Below the pieces are notes generated by a model. That model was not told the origin of the DNA. It did no database searches and was given only the letters and a program-made list of their open reading frames with translations. Position numbers and translations under genes: made by a program. From Paramoeba atlantica (Eukaryota > Protista > Discosea), in NCBI GenBank assembly GCA_977017575.1, contig CDRNVI010000118.1, forward strand, positions 1 through 33,774: a DNA stretch of 33,774 nt, written 5' to 3'. Shown here one piece after another: positions 30,480-33,774 of this stretch; the first letter of the stretch is position 1, and the number at the start of each line of letters is the position of its first letter.

Positions 30480-31627
30480 TGAGATTAGTTAAAAAAGATA
30501 TTTTTGTAAATGCATTTTATAATGCTTTAGTAGTTTATCCAGCTCCTGCTAATATAACTTATGCTTGAAATTTAGGAGTTAGTGCTGGTTTGTTTTTAAT
30601 TATTCAGATTTTAACAGGTGTTATTTTAGCTATGTATTATACACCTAATGCTGATTTAGCTTTTGCTAGTGTTAGACATATAGTTAATGATGTACATTTT
30701 GGTGATATGCTAAGAATGTACCATGCTAGTGGATCATCAGTTTTTTTTTTTGTAATATATTTACATGTATTTAGAGGTTTATATTATGGTTCATATACTT
30801 ATCCTAGACAATTTGTATGAGTATCTGGTGTTATAATATTATTAATTATGATTATAACAGCTTTTGTAGGTTATGTTTTACCTTGGGGTCAAATGAGTTT
30901 TTGAGCAGCAACTGTTATTACTAATTTAGTGTCAGTTATACCTTTTGTAGGTAATGATATATTATTATGATTATGAGGTGGATTTTCTGTTGATGAAGCT
31001 ACATTACATCGTTTTTTTAGTTTACATTATTTATTACCTTTTGTTATAGCAGCTTTAGCTGGAGTTCATATTATATTATTACATGAAGTTGGTTCTAATA
31101 ATATATTAGGTATTAATCATAAGGTAGATCAAATACCATTTCATCCTTATTTTGTTTTTAAAGATTTATTTAGTTCATTATTATTATTATTTGGTTTTAA
31201 TATGTATGCTATAAAACATACTCCAAGTATAATAGACGCAGATAATTATTTAGAAGCAAATCCTTTAGTAACACCCGTACATATCGTACCAGAATGATAT
31301 TTTAAAGCTTTTTATGCAATTTTAAGATCTGTACCAGATAAAGCAGGTGGTTTTATCTTATTAGTTTTATCTATTATTGTTTTAATAATATTTCCATTTT
31401 ATGTGAAAGCACCTATAGTTAGTGGTTATTTTAGACCTATTTATAATTTAGGTTTTTGATTATTTATTATGGATTTTATTACATTAACCTGAATAGGAGG
31501 TAAACCTATAGAAGAACCTTATTATTTTATAGGTCAAATGGCTACAAGTTTTTATTTTATATATTTTATTATATTGTTACCTGTTATTGTTAAATTAGAA
31601 AAATCATTATATAAAAATATTACTTAA
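30479..31627 (+). CDS. cob: Apocytochrome b (382 aa, intronless, code 4)
   Basis: YPAPANI.YAWN, heme ligands in [35 protein letters not shown] and HIVPEWYF. Confidence 0.97.
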
Positions 31628-31631
31628 ACAT

Positions 31632-32135
31632 ATGAATAAAATTTTTAATTTTATAATTTTTTATATTTCTATATTATTTTTAGTTAATATGTTTTCAAAT
31701 CATTTATTTTTTTTTAATTCTGTTGGTAATTTATTAATTATAATTATATTATTAATTATATCTTTATTTACTTTTTATATTTCTTCGTTAAAAAGTAATT
31801 TCTTAATTATAAAAAAAAATGAAATATATAAACAATATTATTTAAAATTATTAAAACTATATTATATTTTTTATTTATATAAAAATATAATATTTCAAAA
31901 TATTTTAATATCTACATTTCAAAATTATTATTTTAAATTTATAATTTTATTTTATAATATTAATTTAAATATATTATTAAATTCTATATCAAATTTATAT
32001 AGTTATTTATATAATAATTTTTTAAATACTTTTTATATTAATAATTATTTTATATTTAGTATTAAATTTAAATTATTAAATCAAATAAACTATAAAAATT
32101 TTATTTTTAAAAAATATTTTACTATAAAAAAATAA
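31632..32135 (+). CDS. Membrane protein, probable ATP synthase subunit 4 (b / orf25-like)
   Basis: 167 aa with two N-terminal hydrophobic segments and a polar tail. Size and topology fit atp4 but no diagnostic motif was recognised. Confidence 0.4.
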   Translation: MNKIFNFIIFYISILFLVNMFSNHLFFFNSVGNLLIIIILLIISLFTFYISSLKSNFLIIKKNEIYKQYYLKLLKLYYIFYLYKNIIFQNILISTFQNYYFKFIILFYNINLNILLNSISNLYSYLYNNFLNTFYINNYFIFSIKFKLLNQINYKNFIFKKYFTIKK

Positions 32136-32138
32136 TAT

Positions 32139-32495
32139 ATGAATTTTGAATATAGTATAATTATTATCTCTATATCATTAAGTATGATTATTTCTTTAGT
32201 ATTATTTTCTATTATTTTACTTCTTATTTATTCAAAATTTGAGATAGAAAAAGTTTCAGCATATGAATGTGGTTTTCACCCTTTTGAAGATACTAGACAT
32301 AATTTTAATGTAAGATTTTATTTAGTATCTATTTTATTTTTAATTTTTGATTTAGAAATAATATTTTTATTTCCATGATTGACTTTAGTTAATTTTTTAG
32401 GAACAAGTGGTTTTTTAGTAGTATTGATTTTTATTACTATATTAACTATAGGTTTCATATATGAATGATTAAAAGGTGCTTTAACCTGAGAGTAA
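32139..32495 (+). CDS. nad3: NADH dehydrogenase subunit 3 (118 aa)
   Basis: [34 protein letters not shown] and YEWLKGALTWE. Confidence 0.96.
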
Positions 32496-32513
32496 AAAAT
32501 TATTTTATATATT

Positions 32514-33266
32514 ATGAATAAATTTTTTCAACCATTAGATCAATTTGATATATTTTCTTTATATATAAATTTTTATTTTAGTGATTTTTATATAACAAAC
32601 TTATTTATATATTTATTTATTATTTTTTTTATAATAAATATTATAACAAGTAATGTATTATTATCTAAATTAAATTTAGTTTATAAATCGTTATGACAAT
32701 ACATATATGAGAATTTTATATATTTATTTCCGTTAAATGTTTTAGTTACACAAGTAGGTAAAAGAGGTGAACCATATTTTGTTTATATAGCTAGCTTATT
32801 TTATTTTATATTAATAGCAAATTTTATTGGTTTAGTACCAAGTTCTTTTACTATTACAAGTCATATAATTTTAACATTTTTATTAGGATCAATTACTGTT
32901 ATAGGATTAACTATAATAGGTTTTTTAAAACAAAAATTACATTTTATACAGTTATTTATACCAAAAGGTGTTCCTAATATTTTATTACCTATGTTAATAG
33001 GTATCGAAGTTATTTCTTATATTGCAAGAGGTTTTAGTTTATCTATACGGTTATTTGCAAATTTAATGTCGGGACATTCATTAATACATATTTTATTATT
33101 TTTTATTGTAAAAATATTAAAATTTAATTATATTATAGGTATTTTAGGAATATTATTAATAACTGTAATTTTTTTATTAGAGTTTGGTATTTCATTTTTA
33201 CAAGCTTATGTATTTATTGTTTTAGTTTCTATTTATTTAAAAGATTCTTACGAAGCTGGACATTAA
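32514..33266 (+). CDS. atp6: ATP synthase subunit 6 (250 aa)
   Basis: QPLDQF, NFIGLVP.SFT.TSH, IEVISYIARGFSLSIRLFANLMSGH and LE.GI.FLQAYVF. Confidence 0.96.
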
Positions 33267-33284
33267 AAAACATTTATTTTAACA

Positions 33285-33605
33285 ATGTTTAATATCTTAA
33301 TTCCTTTTGAAACATTTATACCTATTTTAAGTTTTAGTTTATTTATTATAGGTATAGCGGGTATTTTTATTACACGTAGAAATATAATAATAATAATAAT
33401 GTCTATAGAGTTAATTTTAGCATCTGTAAATTTATTATTTATTTTTTTATCAATATATTTAGATGATATATATGGTCAGATATTTGCTTTATATATATTA
33501 ACTATAGCAGCTTCTGAATCAGCTATTGGTTTAGGATTAATAGTTATTTATTATAGATTAAGAGGTATTATATCTATAGATTATATTAGTACTATAAAAG
33601 GTTAA
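33285..33605 (+). CDS. nad4L: NADH dehydrogenase subunit 4L (106 aa)
   Basis: RRNIIIIIMSIELIL and LDDIYGQIFALYILTIAASESAIGL. Confidence 0.95.
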   Translation: MFNILIPFETFIPILSFSLFIIGIAGIFITRRNIIIIIMSIELILASVNLLFIFLSIYLDDIYGQIFALYILTIAASESAIGLGLIVIYYRLRGIISIDYISTIKG

Positions 33606-33624
33606 ATTTTTTTATATACTTTTT

Positions 33625-33774
33625 ATGTATTTATTAGTATTATATTTACCATTAATAAGTTTTTTAATTATAAGTTTTTTTGGGCGTTTATTAGGAAATA
33701 AAGGTAGTTTTATAATTGCGAATTTTAATATGTTATTAACAGTGTTGTTATCATATTATATTTTTTATGAAACT
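33625..33774 (+). CDS. nad5: NADH dehydrogenase subunit 5, N-terminal 50 codons (runs off window)
   Basis: MYLLVLYLPLISFLIISFFGRLLGNKG, directly after nad4L. Confidence 0.85.
   Translation, partial: MYLLVLYLPLISFLIISFFGRLLGNKGSFIIANFNMLLTVLLSYYIFYET

Overview
The window joins two unrelated genomes. Bases 1 to about 6325 are a Bacteroidota chromosome segment that looks like Flavobacteriaceae. It carries the end of an arsenosugar-type cluster (DUF2064, AhpD-like peroxidase, radical SAM ArsS), a TetR regulator, a GT9 heptosyltransferase-like gene, DUF4254, a frameshifted DUF6427, DUF6341 and the 3' half of purD. From about 6325 to the end is an extremely AT-rich protist mitochondrial genome, most likely amoebozoan (inference). 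All its genes are on the + strand and TGA codes for Trp. It holds cox2 (5'-truncated), cox3, cox1, 19 tRNAs, atp9, rnl, rns, nad9, nad7, an S10/spc/alpha-like ribosomal protein cluster, about 3.5 kb of orphan reading frame, atp8, cob, probable atp4, nad3, atp6, nad4L and the start of nad5. The junction cuts both purD and cox2 mid-gene with no mobile-element hallmarks, so a chimera or misassembly is the most likely explanation. The most interesting biology is mitochondrial: (1) 14 of 19 tRNAs have mismatches in acceptor-stem pairs 1-3, predicting 5' tRNA editing; (2) two giant orphan ORFs, possibly one of about 1160 codons, carry a 13-nt repeat in all three codon phases; (3) candidate cryptic rpl18, rpl10 and 5S rRNA genes; (4) a natural G143A in cytochrome b. 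The supplied ORF track fragments the mitochondrial genes because it treats TGA as stop, so I re-read coordinates by hand with code 4. rRNA ends are approximate and no database searches were run.
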